Below, one piece after another: positions 35,725-48,880 of a stretch of 64,000 bases of DNA. The notes beneath the pieces are model-generated. The model worked only from the letters and a program-made list of their open reading frames with translations, was not told the DNA's origin and did not search any database. The stretch is from Takakia lepidozioides (lineage: Eukaryota > Plantae > Bryophyta): positions 68,572,001 to 68,636,000 of the forward strand of contig CM060733.1 in assembly GCA_030704615.1 (NCBI GenBank). The letters run 5' to 3'. Position numbers and translations under genes: made by a program. The number at the start of each line of letters is the position of its first letter. Positions within the stretch are counted from its first letter, which is position 1.

Positions 35725-38700
35725 TGTCGCGGCCCTTTGCCTCGAGGGCAGGGGGTCGGGACACAAGAGGGGCTGCCCCTATGGTGGGGGCAGTGGCAGC
35801 GATAGGTATGGGGGGCTGAAGCACCCTTGAGTGCCAAGGCACTCAAGGAGGCGGAGGCGCTCACTAGGTGGAGCCCCGCACACCGGGTTGCGGTGGGGGT
35901 GGCTCCACAAGGGGTGGTGGTAGCTTAGCGGGACTTAGTGGGTGGCATAGGACTCACCCTGGGGGCGGAGACCTCGTGGTGGGAGTCGTGGGGAGTCTTG
36001 GGACTCATCACGGTCCATAGGGGCCGTGGTGGGTGGGCCAAGACTCACCGCGACTCATCACCGGGGAGTCGAGGGCATTCGTGGTGGTTCCCATAAATGG
36101 CATGGTTGTTTGTGAAACCCCGCGGACAGCAACAGAAGTATATATAGGGAGTAGTAACCCCGAGAACGGTGCAAGCCCGTTGGTGACCAAAAATTAGTGA
36201 GTAAGCGAGCGAGCCGGAAAGCGACCAAAGAGTGGGGAGCTGTTCCGGACTGCCAACTACCAAAGGGAATTCCGCTGGTTTCCAATCATTGGAGGGTTTT
36301 GGGAGATCAAAGGGGGACCGTTATGCCCCGGTGAGCGGGAGCTCCAAGTTGCCCGGCGGCCAGGTTGGGAGTTAGGCGCGCGCATCAAGCGAGCGACTAT
36401 GACTTGAGGGGGGGAGCTCATCGAAGTGAGGTGCGCGACACTTGGTATCAGAGCTTAGAGTTCAGTGCGTGATCGTCCTTGGATTGCCTCATCATGGGGT
36501 CGGGCAAGCCAAAGCGAAAGCGGAACGGCCCCCAAAGATGTGATCCCGGTGAGCCCGATGGGGGCGACGTGTCACCGAGGCGGCCGTTTGAGGAAGCGAT
36601 GCATGTTTCCAAAAACAAGGCCGAGATCACAAGTCAAGGCGGCACAAGTCAAGGCGGCACCCGGTGCTTCCAAAGGAAAAGCGGGTGGAGCGGCCTATGG
36701 CGGACAGAAGGCGACCTTTGATGGAGTGTGTTTCAATTGCGGGGAGCCCGGGCACATGGCAAAGAAGTGCACGAAGCCCCAACAATTGAACATGACTCGG
36801 GCGACCACAGAGCTGTCGGAAGATACCATCAGTCGCTTGGTGGAAGCGGTGGTCGCCAGGACTTGCAAGGTAGGCAAATTTTCTTGTGAGTTCTATCAGG
36901 AAACTGACGCCTTACGTAAAGGGAGTCAGTTATTGTTCGTGGATGGGATAATATCCGGAACAAACGTGTCGTTGTTGGTGGACACAGGAGCGTCGCACAC
37001 TCCTTCATGACACCGGCAACGCACAAAAGCTGGGACTCCCGACAAGTGACGTGGGGGCCTCTATTGAGGTGCGTTTTGCCAAAGGAGAACGCAATTGGCG
37101 ACAAGGTTGGCGTTTGATGTTCCTCTTCAACTGGGGAGTTGGGAGGGAACGTGAGAACTTCACCATCTGCGAGATCGATGGAGTGGATCTCATTTTGGGG
37201 ATGACCTTTTTGAGCAAATCTAGAGCAGTCATAGATGACCGCAAGAGAATAGTCACGCTGCCATGTGGGAATGGTGGCGAGGTCTTACGAGTGTCGGAGA
37301 CGCCCACCCAAACCCGGGGGAGGGCGAATAAACCTTCTGTCAGCAAGGGAGTGGGCCGTGGAGGAGGCACACGAGCCCCTGTTTTTGCTCTTCATTAGAG
37401 AAGTGAAGGGAGAAGGCGATGGGGAGCCGAGCCCAGATTGGATCAAGGGGATTTTGGAGAAATACCAGGATGTGATGCCGGAGGATTTACCAAGCGGCTT
37501 GCCACCGCAAAGAGGAGTTGACCACAGGATTGAGGTGATACCGAGATCGGAACCGCCTGCCAAGGCGCCCTACCGGTTGAGCCACAGAGAGTTGGTCGAG
37601 CTGAAGACTCAACTCAAAGATCTAATGTCAAAGGGGTACATCCGGCCGAGTAAGTCACCTTACGGAGCCCCGGTGCTATTCGCAGACAAGAAGGATGGGA
37701 CGCTGCGGATGTGTGTCGATTACAGGGCTTTGAATAAGGTGACTATCAAAAACCGGTACCCTTTGCCAAGGATCGACGACCTTTTCGATCGGTTGGCAGG
37801 AGCGAAGTATTTCAACCGGATCGATCTGCACTCCGGCTATCATCAAATTCGAGTGGCGGAAGGAGATGAGGAGAAGACTGCGTGCAGGACAAGGTATGGT
37901 TCATATGAGTTCTTGGTGATGCCTTTTGGACTCACCAACGCTCCTGCGACCTTTAGCACGCTGATGAACAGCCTTTTCCAGGAGTGGTTGGATGACTTCG
38001 TGATCGTGTACATCGACGACATCTTGGTGTATTCGAAAACATAGGAGGAGCACCTGGAGCACCTCAAAAGGGTGTTCCAGAAATTGCGGGAAGGAAAGCT
38101 GTATGCCAAAGCTTCAAAGTGCAAATTTGGGGTCACAAAAGTGGAGTTCCTGGGGCATGTGATTACACAGGATGGGATCAAAATGGATGACAGGAAGGTG
38201 AGGGCAATCTTGGACTGGGAGCCTTCGACTTCGGTCCCGGGAGTGCGATCCCTTCTAGGACTCGCCTCCTATTACCGGAAGTATGTGAGAAATTTTGCCA
38301 AGATCGCGGGGCCGCTGTTAGACCTTCTGTGTAAATCCAAAGTCTGGGCATGGAACACCTTTTGTGGCCAAGCTTTTGCTGAATTGAAGCAGCGGATGGC
38401 GGAAGCTCCAGTCTTGAAAATCCCGAGTTCGATCGTCCGTTCGAGATTCATACAGATGCGTCGGACTTCGCGATTGGGGGTGTACTGATGCAAGATGGAC
38501 GTCTAGTGGCTTACGAAAGTAAGAAACTGAATGAAGTGGAGCGACGGTGGCCGACGCATGAGAAAGAGATGAAGGCGGTGGTGCACTGTCTTAAGCTTTG
38601 GCGCCACTATGTTGGTTCCAACCAGTGAAGGTGTTCACGGGACAATGTCACGGTGAAGTATTTTGCCACGCAGCCCAAGTTGTCCCAAAACAACTTAGGT

Positions 38701-41700
38701 GGCAAGATACTTTGGCGGTGTTCGACGTGGATATCCAGTACAAACCGGGAGGGGACAATGTGGTGGCCGATGCTTTAAGTAGAAAGCAGCAGCTCTTGTT
38801 GGTGTACAAGGGCGAGACGACGCTCCAAAGGAAGATCCGGAAGGCTTGCCGGAAGGATGAGCTGGCGCAGTCCGTGATGCAGGACTTGAGGATAGGGGTT
38901 AAATCGCAGTTCCACTTGCAAAATGGACTGCTCTGGTATAAGCAAAAGCGTCTCTACGTACCGAATGGAGGGATCAAAGATAGCCTCTTGAGAGAATGCC
39001 ATGATAGCCCGCTTGCGGGCCACGGCGGAGCCAAGCGCACTGCGGCACTCTGAAGAAAGAGTATTTCTGGCCCAAACTGAGGGAGGAGGCAGAGGAGTAT
39101 GTCAAGACATGCACCACATGCCAACAAAACCGGAGCGAGTACAAAAAGCAAGCGGGGCTGTTACAACCTTTGCCGATTCCAGAGGGGACTTGGGAAAGCG
39201 CCTCGATGGATTTCATGACTGCTATGCCGCTATCAAAAGGATTTGATGCAATCATGGTGGTGGTGGATAGGTTCAGTAAAATGGGCCATTTCATCCCCAC
39301 CAAGGAGACGGCAACGGCGCAGGAAACATGGTGACTTTACTTCGCCCACGTCTTAAAGCATCATGGAGTCCCGAAGGATATTGTCTTGGACCGCGATCCA
39401 AAGTTTACGAGTAAATTTTGGAGGGCACTTTGGAAGAAGATGGGGACGAGGCTGAAGATGAGCACCGCCTTCCGACCTACGACCGACGGCCAAACAGAAA
39501 GAGTGAATTCCGTAGTGAAGCAGATCTTGCGGAATTACGTGTCGGCAGACCAAACAGACTGGGTGGAACACTTAGACGCGGCAGAGTTCTGTTATAATAA
39601 CACAGAACACTCCGCAACGGGAGTTTCCCCTTTCGTATTGGTCTATGGAAAAGCAGCTTTGGTGCCGACAAGTTGGGCCGCCCAGGACGTTGAGGAACCG
39701 GCAGTAGCGGCGGTACTGGAAGAACGCGAGCGTTTGTTGAAGCTCGCAAAGTACAACATTGCCAAAGCTAGGAAACGGTATGAAAGGCAGGCGAATCGGA
39801 AGCGGAGGGAAGTGAAGTTTGAGGCAGGCACGGAGGTCTGGTTAAACATCAAGAATTTCCGACTACCTCCGGAAGTGAGTCCAAAATTCGTACCTCCGTA
39901 TGCGGGACCCTTTCGCATCGAGAAGGTTATGAATGAGGATAAGTATGAATTGGAGCTGCCGGCAAACAGCAAGGTGCATCCAGTATTCCACGTCTCCCTT
40001 TTGGAGCCTTACTTCAAAGATGAAGCGCGTCCGAATCGGCATCAAGTGTTGCGTCCGCCACCTGTGCTGTTGGATCATGAAAATGAACCTGAGTACGAGG
40101 GTGGAGGCAGTACTTAAGTCGAGGAGGTTCAAGAACCGAGAACGGAGTATCTTGTCAAATGGAAGGGCTATCATCATGTGGAGGCATCTTGGGTGCGTGC
40201 CTCAGAAATGGGGAAACGCATCCGAGGCGGTTGCAGTTTTCGAAGGGCGACCTCAAAAGCGAAAGAAGCGTTGATGGGGACATCAACCTTGGAGCGTGGG
40301 GGAGGAAATGCATGCTTAGCCCGGCTTAGCTAGCTTAGGAATCCGATTGCAAAAAACTTGTATTGTACAAAAATTTGTTATAAAGGAAATGGGTTCCAAA
40401 TGTTGTGCATCCTATTTTGTTTGGAATGGTGATGCATGGTGTGATTGGCTAGTGTGTAGAATGCATGCTAGCTTACAAAAGTGGGAGAGGTAAATTGGGT
40501 TAATCGTGTGTTTGCACAGTGCCAAAATCGGGTGACTCCCATCCAAGGGGCAAGGAAACTTGCGCCTTCGTTAGGAGTTCACGTGCTAGTGCGCACCTGG
40601 CGCGTGCGCATCCTATAACTGCGCTACCGAGGGGTTGCTTTGTAGTGCGGGCTAACGCGGAAGCTACATGCTTCCGTTCACGTACTATAATCGTGTAGCC
40701 TCGGGACGAAGTCGTAGCGGCTTGGGCGTGTTCCCGTACCTCAGGCCAGCATTCCAAGGCGGACCCAATTGTAGTGATTGGGGCGCGCGGTTGGTTCAAG
40801 GTTATCTTCCTAGTCAAAGAGGGTTCGAGGTGAACCCTTGCTCAAGGTGATGCCAAAAGCGGCATCATGAGCGGTCGCAAGCAATGTTGTTGCAGTAAGG
40901 CGATTCGATCCTCGGGGAGGATCGTTCCTTGGCCTTGAAGTAGGCCAAGAAGAGTGCACTGGGAGGAGCTTGAGAGGCTCCACCCTTGGCCGGGACTTGG
41001 AGGAAGTCGGCCGAACTAGCTAGTGGAGAGTAGAGTCAAGTGTGGGGTTTGGTTCTTTGCCATGGGACGCCATGGTACGGAAACAAACTCCTTGATGTGG
41101 GACGCGTTTCTACAAAATGGACAAGCCGATGAGGACATCGACTCCCTGTTGGTAGGGGTGTGTGTCGCGGCCCTTGGCCTTGAGGGCAGGGGGGTCGGGA
41201 CAAAAGAGGGGTTGCCCCTATGGTGGGGGCAGTGGCAGCGATAGGTATGGGGGGCTGAAGCACCCTTGAGTGCCCAAGGCACTCAAGGAGGCGGAGGCGC
41301 TCACTAGGTGGAGCCCCGCACACTGGGTTGCGGTGGGGGTGGCTCCACAAGGGGTGGTGGTAGCTTAGCGGGACTTAGTGGGGGTGGCATAGGACTCACC
41401 CTGGGGCGGAGACCTCGTGGTGGGAGTCGTGGGGAGTCTTAGGACTCATCACGGTCCATAGGGGCCGTGGTGGGTGGGCCAAGACTCACCGCGACTCATT
41501 ATGAAACCCCCGCGGACAGCTACAGAAGTATATATAGGGAGTAGTAGCCCCGAGAACAGTGCAAGCCCGTTGGTGACCAAAAACTAGTGAGTAAGCGAGC
41601 GAGCCGGAAAGCGACCAAAGAGTGGGGAGCTGTTCCGGACTGCCAACTACCAAAGGGAATTCCGCTGGTTCCAAATCGTTGGAGGGTTCTTTGGGAGATC

Positions 41701-41836
41701 AAAGGGGGACCGTTATGCCCCGGTGAGCAGCCGGAGCTTCAAGTTGGCCCGGCGGTTAGATTGGGAGTTAGGCGCGCGCATCAAGCGAGTAACTATGATT
41801 TGAAGGGGGGAGTTTACCGAAGTGAGGTGCGCGACA
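35725..41836 (+). mobile_element. Ty3/gypsy chromovirus (Galadriel-like), copy 2
   Basis: LTRs 35725-36440 and 41163-41836; TSD TGGAG (35720-35724, 41837-41841); PBS 36443-36454; pol with chromodomain; gag core deleted near 36625. Confidence 0.96.
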
Positions 41837-42266
41837 TGGAGGGTGACCCAGTGCCCTTGAGTTTGGTTCTTCATCCTCTTTCATCTCTGGTATTTGCATC
41901 ATGCACCAGTCGCACGAGGCCTGCCGTAATGCCTACTTCCGACCCTCACTGGTGTTCATGCCTTGGTCAAGTATTAACACATGTGTCTAACTTGGTTTTG
42001 CAGGGAAGTGTATGAAGAAACTACTCTACTGCATACTGATGTTAGTTCACTATTCTTGGTACACAACCATATCGTGCATGCTAGCTAAACCTGCAGCCTC
42101 TCTTTGTATAAACGCAAATCAGATGCTTCGATGGAGGTTAGCTATTTCATGAGCATGAGCGGCATGAGCGGCATGAGCGGAGTAGTAAGACAATCGGTTT
42201 TCATGAGCAGAAGTACAAATTCTGCAAATAAAAAACATTAAAAAGCATTATTTTAATGGGATGTGT

Positions 42267-42267
<1 letters not shown>

Positions 42268-42303
<36 letters not shown>
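42268..42303 (+). repeat. Poly(A) run, 36 nt
   Basis: Seen directly. Confidence 0.9.
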
Positions 42304-42305
<2 letters not shown>

Positions 42306-42402
42306 CATATAATATTCATTGTTTGAAGTAGAAATTGTAGTTTTGAGAGCCGTGCTCATGATATTTCGATTTCCGCTCATGCGAATTCCGAGCGACATCT
42401 GC

Positions 42403-42724
42403 AAAAATGGCGCCGAATTTCGCGGTAATAGGTTCCGCAAGCAGAAAAATCGGCAACGTATTGCGCGGAAATAGGTGACTGCGGCGAAAAATGGTGCCGA
42501 ATTTCGCGGTTATAGGTCCCAACTTCATTGAAGTGTAAGCCCAAAATTTGGAAATGTGGCGCCGAATTTCGGTACATGGTTCCGGGCATTGCACAAATGT
42601 TGGGCAGTTCTGGGCCATGTCACTTTAAATTCGGCGCCATTTTTCCAGACATCGTCTCCAGACAATGTTGGGACTTAACCAGTTTTCGGCCCAAAAAAGT
42701 GAAATTCGGCGCCATTTTTCCAGA
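42403..42724. repeat. Clustered AAATGGCGCCGAATTT motifs in both orientations (DNA-transposon subterminal-like)
   Basis: Copies near 42405, 42489 and 42556; reversed copies near 42627 and 42702. Confidence 0.7.
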
Positions 42725-43073
42725 AATGGCCCCCTCAACTGCAACTGTTGGAACTCAGTTTTCTAGAAGATTTGCAAATTTTTCCTGCCGCCATCTTTGA
42801 ATTGATTCTGTTTCGACATTGAATTGCCACTGGACTTGAACGGATATCCAACAGTCCCTAGTGTTTAAAAGACGTCACTTTAATATTGTCTGTCTCATTC
42901 CAGGAGTTTTGGGGTGCAATTCATTACACTGCAAAACAAAGTCTAATGCATAAAAATGCAATTGCAAATATCCATATGGTGGATTTCCTTTTCCCCATCA
43001 ATGATTTCTGGAATCCCGGCGGAGGAGTTTGTGCAGCTCGTTCACGCTCAACGCTGGTGCATGAATAAAGTCA

Positions 43074-45865
43074 TCAATAGTCAAGTTCATCCTCAACCTC
43101 TTCAGGAAATGTAGGGACTACAAAGAAAGGCATATCTACCTGTACAGAAGGTGCATTGCCGCTTTGTCCGCATTCGGCTGGTCGGTGAACTCGTGGCTCC
43201 GGCGGGCATGGGGTATCTCTCGAAAAAATAGGTCGGTTTTGTAGAGCAGAAAGTACCTCGTCACATAGTCGCATAGGCTCTCTGCTTCAACAGAAATTTC
43301 CAGCTTGAACTGATGTGCTTGTGTGTCAAGCTGCTCTTGTGCATTCGTCATCACCTATGAAGATTCTCCATCAGACCGTTTTCCTCAAAAAAACCAATAA
43401 ATCCACCCGATACAAGCGTAGAAGCGCCAAATGAAGCATGGGAAAGTACCTGAAACCACCACGTCATGCGGTTCATCCACATGTCGAATGTGGGGTCAGA
43501 CAGTTTGTTTGGTTTGGGGAAGCTCCACATGTCCCTTGTACTTTGGGAACCATTCCAGATTTGGAGCCACCGGGTCTGTCCAACCACCCAGCATATTAGT
43601 AAGCGCCAAACACCACAAAAAAGAATTGTTGCCACGGCAATTTGGTTAAGAATGTATAACCTTTTTTGTTGCATCCACACAGGATGTGGCTAGACATGCA
43701 GCTTCTCCAATGTCATCGTGGGCTTCAGAGCGCGGGAGTAGTACTTCCCCACCTCCACCAGAAAGTCGGCACCAAGGGCAGGATCAGCTATGGCCACGTA
43801 CTTTACCATCCGCAACTTGTACTTGATGCGGGCCTTCGCCTCCGTAGCTTTGAGATACGATTCCAGTGCCGGGAGGGTTAGTTTCTTCTCCTCTGACTCC
43901 ATGTAGAACCTCCGCGCATGTGCCAAATCCTGCTGAATTTTCGTTTGTCAAGAATGCGCACATAAGATTAGAAATCCTGGTCAACACTTTTTCTTCTATT
44001 TGGGGAGGAGAGACAGATTAGCTCAACAAAACAGTTAGGAGCTTTACGCGAAATATATAGTCCACCATGGCGTCCATGCTCAGCCTATACCAGGTTCTGT
44101 CTGCTTTTGCCTCCGACTTGCGCAGGAGACTGAGCGAATTGGCAAACTCTTGCACCCCCTGCTTCCCGACATCCTTCACTCGGAAGAGCATGTGGGACAA
44201 GTTGGTGGCAATGAAGGCATTCTCAGTCATCCTGCAATGCCACATTTCCATTAAACAATACTGAAATGAGAATTTGCAACAAATATGACGATTGGCAATG
44301 AAATGACTGTTTCAAATTCAAAGTTCCAAAGCAAGAGGCATTTAACTTACGAGTTGATGTCTGCCATTGCAGCTTTGAGAAGACTGCGATCTTTGGGCCC
44401 CGCAACCTTCAGCACAACACACTCCATGGCGAAATGCCAATCCAGGTCGTTGGGGTGGGCTTGGGCTATGTGCTCCATCCATGCCAAGAGGCGATGATTG
44501 CCGTCCCACACGTAAAACATCTTTCCGGACAAGTGCTGGAAAAGTGGATCAGTAGCAATCAATCTCTCAAACTCCTCATTTCGCCTTTGCCAATGGGGAC
44601 CCCATTTGTCCACCTCATCGGAAGTGTGGGCACGAGAAGCTCCGTGGTCATTCTCAATGGAAACGTAAAACACGGCAGACCCCATTCGATATCCCTCCCG
44701 GAAAGAGAATTTCAGCTTGTCGATATTGCCTAGGAGTGCATGTCTCACCACCTGCAATGATACCAAGCGGCAAAAGGGAATCCGAAGCTTGGCCGTGTAC
44801 ACCATGCCCCCAGGACCCTGCCATTGTTGCTGTGGGTTGCCTCCAACATCTTGGCAGCGGCCAACTTCATATCCACCTCCGACATGACGTCTGTTGCAGG
44901 AAGGTTCTCCGGCATCCCACCAAGACCGCCAAATCCAGTCTATATGCTGCGGGTTTGGGGCCTGGGGATGTCCGGGAGGATGTCATACTGGTCAGAAAGC
45001 TCCCTCTCGTCGTCCTCAACATGGTCAACCACCGGCGGAAGCACCTCGAGCACTCTCCCCGTCCCTACTGCCCTCTCCCCGGCTTCACCTCATACTCCCA
45101 CAATCCGTGTTGTTTGTGGTGTTCTTTCCCCTCCTCCAGCCTCCACCGTATGGGTAATTGCGGGGGCTGCTCTCACCTGCGATGGTGTAACCGGTAAGGA
45201 TGCAGCCGGTGTGTTACTGCCTGTTTTTGGTGTCTTGGAGGGATCCACCGTCTTGTGCGTCCCTCGCTTACATGGGCATCTGTCATTTGGACACCCCTGG
45301 TCTCTTCAGTGGCCTTTTCTCTTGCCTCCTGGCTAGCCTTCTGTCTCGCTTGTTCCTTTGCCCTCTCCTTTGCCCTCTCACGGGCCTTCTGTTTCTTACT
45401 AGGGGTAGCAGCAGGGGAGGCCTCCAGGACGACCACCTTTGATTGAGGCGAACTGACACCCTCACGCGCCCTGTTCACTCCCCCCTCCGCAGCCTGTGAC
45501 GGCTCTCTCGCCGGGGATTGCATGTCCTTGGCTTTTTTCTTCTTCTTTGCGTGGGCGGGCCCTACTACATGTGCATCAGCTTCCTCCATTGGCGGATCTG
45601 TTGTCCTCATCCGACGCCCTTCATCTGCCATGCCGCCTGCACCAACCTCCCGAATGCCTATTCTGGCGTACTCTCGCTGCAGGTCCTCCCGTCCACCAAC
45701 AAAAGGAGCAAGATTTTGTTTGCCCTCCCGCCCCAACTTGGGCGATCCAAACATGCGAAGCACCAGGTTTGACGTGTGCTGCCGACGACTGTCCGACTGC
45801 GCTTGATGACTAGCGGCTTTTGGAGTGACTGCTCGAGCAGTTGGAGCTGTCAATGATACCACCAC
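43074..45865 (-). pseudogene. Multi-exon gene with a ParB/sulfiredoxin-like DGNHR motif, probably TE-borne
   Basis: FYVWDGNHRLLAW in ORF 44347-44805. Frame-preserving GT-AG introns 44232-44350 and 43930-44047. Low-complexity basic/acidic N-terminus; at least one stop (43690). Confidence 0.65.
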
Positions 45866-46533
45866 CGTGTCGCGCTCGTCTTCACTCTGTCATCCCCAAC
45901 AATCGTGAGAACCACCATCGCAATGAAATGGAAGCAACAAATGAGCCACAATCATGGAGTGGCATGGAACAACAATGAAAACAAACCCAAGCAATGGCTA
46001 ACAATCACTTGCAGAAGCAGCAGAATAATGCCAAAACAAACAAAACAAAGCGAAGAAGACCGCACATGTTACATAAAGCAAAAGAAGTAGGGGCTTGCCT
46101 GAGAGTGCTCGGCTTCAGTTGGTGTGGGCTGTGAGCAAGACAAGGGGATCTCTTGCTGGAGCTTCAGTTTGGCCATGCGAGACGTTGGACGCCGCCCGTA
46201 GTACAAAGGCTTCAGTTTGCGCCGTGGTTTGGATGTGGGGTTTCTCTCAGGAGAGCCACGCCCTTCTCCACGCGGCATAAGTCCGAGTAAAAGAAAAAAT
46301 CTCCCGCAGAATGCGTGCGTACAGGCCTCGAATGGAACTTCATCCACCCATCACATCAGGTATCGAAGGCGTATCCGGGAAGCAAGCGCGGAATCCATGT
46401 GGAACGTCCGGTTCAAAACCGACGGCGGATGACATTTAATGCGCAACTGCGCCCTTAAAATGTCATAGGTATGGAGGTCGGCCACAGGCGCCACCTGGCC
46501 CACCCTCCCCTCGAGACTTCGTCATTCGCCCGC

Positions 46534-47280
46534 TGGATGGAAAAAATGGCGCCGAATTTCCATCCAGCGGATGAAGCAGGACGCAACATGGCCCTCCCTC
46601 CGCCCGAGACGTTCTCATCCAGAAGCCGCCGGATGAAAAATCGGCGCCGAATTTCCATCCTGCAGGTAAGTCGGTCCACCTCATGGATGGAAAACCGGCA
46701 CCGAATTTGTCTCTAGCGGACGACATTGGTGGGAAAAACGTGCCATAAAGTGGCCTGTAGGCAAGAAACTCTAAGTTTAGTGTCTGATTAGACAAAAAAA
46801 TGCAAAAAACTTGATGCAACGACTGAAAATTGTTGATGAAGGGTCGATACGGGCGTCTGTGGATGGATATTCGGCGCCGTTTTTCCATCCTGCAGATGAT
46901 CTCTGTCACCTCTCCCCCCAAGACAACTTCATCCGTGCGGCCTCGGATGGAAATTCGGCACCGTTTTTCCATCCAGGGGATGTTCTCTGACGGCCAGGGG
47001 TTGGCCTCTCCTCCCGAGACGACTTCATCCGACCGGCCTCGGATGGAAATTCGGCGCCGTTTTTGCATCCGGGGGATGTTCTCTGTCGGCCAGGTGTCGG
47101 CCTCTCCCCCCGAGACGACTTCATCCAACCGGCCTCGGATGGAAATTCGGCGCCGTTTTCCATCGGGGGATGTTCTCTGGCGGCCAGGTGTCGGCCTCTC
47201 CCCCCCGAGATGACTTCATCCGACCGGCCTTGGATGGAAATTTGGCGCCGTTTTTCCATCCGGGGGATGTTCTCTGGCAG
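46534..47280. repeat. Palindrome-containing tandem array (~96-bp unit)
   Basis: GGATGGAAATTCGGCGCCGTTTTTCCATCC cores at ~46945, 47041, 47137 and 47232; further cores near 46535, 46630, 46685 and 46861. Confidence 0.9.
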
Positions 47281-47699
47281 GCACGTGGGGCCGTCACCCT
47301 CCGATTGGACGTCATGTCGAAGTAAATTCTGTGCCTCATTCCTGGGTACGGTTATATTAAATGCTGCTCTTTTTCTTTGCCACTTGCCCGACCTTCGCTC
47401 GTGACCCACGCGTTTCAAACCGAGACAGCAACAACACTTCCTCGCTCCGAGCTCCTCTCACTTCAACTTCCCCACACTCCCCTTCCCTGCGCACCCTCTC
47501 TGCTTCCTGGCAGCCCTTTCAATAGTCGGCGATGGCATTCCGGGATCCCAGCAACTGCCCAAACAAGCATCTCACCCCGTGGGACTTCTCGCCCAAGTCA
47601 GGGGATATTTTCATATACCTGCAGGATTGGATTGACCACTCTCAGCAGAGGAGGGTGCACCTGTCCGCTCTTGAGTACCTTCCTGGCTTCCACGATCAG

Positions 47700-48880
47700 C
47701 CTCGCTGTCCAATCTGTCTCATTCCTGTGACCTCTAGATTTAAAGACGAGCATCTTCATGCTGGTGGTTTTGGTGACGCACCAAGGATGACCGTCATGTT
47801 TCCTATCCATATCTGTCAACATTCCGGACGCCCTCGAATAGTCTGTTCGAGGAGGGAACTCAAAGAAGATATTACCGTCGACGTCTGCGGGAAGGCATGT
47901 AACGGATTTAATTGCAAACTTGCTGTAGTCCAGCCCGACCAACTCCGAGCAGTGTCCCTCCATGTGAAGCCCTCGTAGAATTTCAAGAATGGATCGAATT
48001 GCTGAGCTCGTGCTGGGAATATGACTCCCTCGTCCGCTGATGTCCATTGAGGACTTGCCTGATCTCCAGGATGATCTTGGAACTTCCATGACCTCGTCTG
48101 AGTCGGACAGGTTGTGAACAACCCGGTTCTCGCTCGTCTTCATTGATGGGGTCGGCTCTGGATTTACTTCGTTGCAGACTTCTCTCTTTGAGGTACCCAC
48201 TCTCTGATTCGCGGATTGTTTCTTGGAAGGCGCCAGGATAGAAGGCGCATTTGGCGGGCAAATGAAGTCCCCAACAGCCCCGTATATGACGTTGTCCGAT
48301 GGTGGAACTCACCATTCCCTGCCGTTGCCGAAATCATCGTGGAGCACAACAATACTTTCGACTACAACTCCGTTTGAATCCTTCATTTCCTCCTCCAAAA
48401 ATACCTACCCCAGTTTCAGGTGGTATCGAACGTAGAGATATTTCTCCATCACCCGGCAGATCTCCCCTCTGCACGGAAATGTAGCTCTATGCTCGTGAGG
48501 AGGGCAGTACACTATAGCGCTCGGGTTTTCTGCCATGGGAGATGTGCACACAAGACTGCCAGGACGACGTTCGGGCAAGCGCCCTGGGAGAAGGAGGATG
48601 CAACGAGGGGAAGGAATGTAGGGCCGATTTTTCCGAGCGACGAAGCCTATTCACGAATCCGGGGAGCCCACTCTCCCAAAAATCCACTGTCAGAGTGTTA
48701 ATGAACGTTGTCTCCGGAATGCGGCCCATGGCCTTTGCGCAATAACTGCCAACGGTATGCAGTCAGAAGGTATATGACCTGTGCAGATGCGCTGCGCAAA
48801 CCAAAAGCGTGCAAGCACCTTCCCCATGGACAGAGGGAACTGACAGAGGTGACATTTCAGTGGGTCTGATTGCAACAAAA
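47700..48880 (-). pseudogene. Deleted paralog of the N-terminal part of the MULE-like transposase at 61881-63550
   Basis: Shares SGMLTDMDRKHDGHPWCVTKT...RNETDWT and the upstream AIV.CP...CRV.E.YL block with 61881-63300. Confidence 0.75.

Noticed and set aside
42268-42303. Poly(A) as a retrocopy or SINE tail (also the T-run near 56657)
   Set aside because: No recognisable body or TSD.
46855-47280. CRISPR-like array of palindromic repeats
   Set aside because: The intervening sequences are near-identical rather than unique spacers; no cas genes; eukaryotic TE context.
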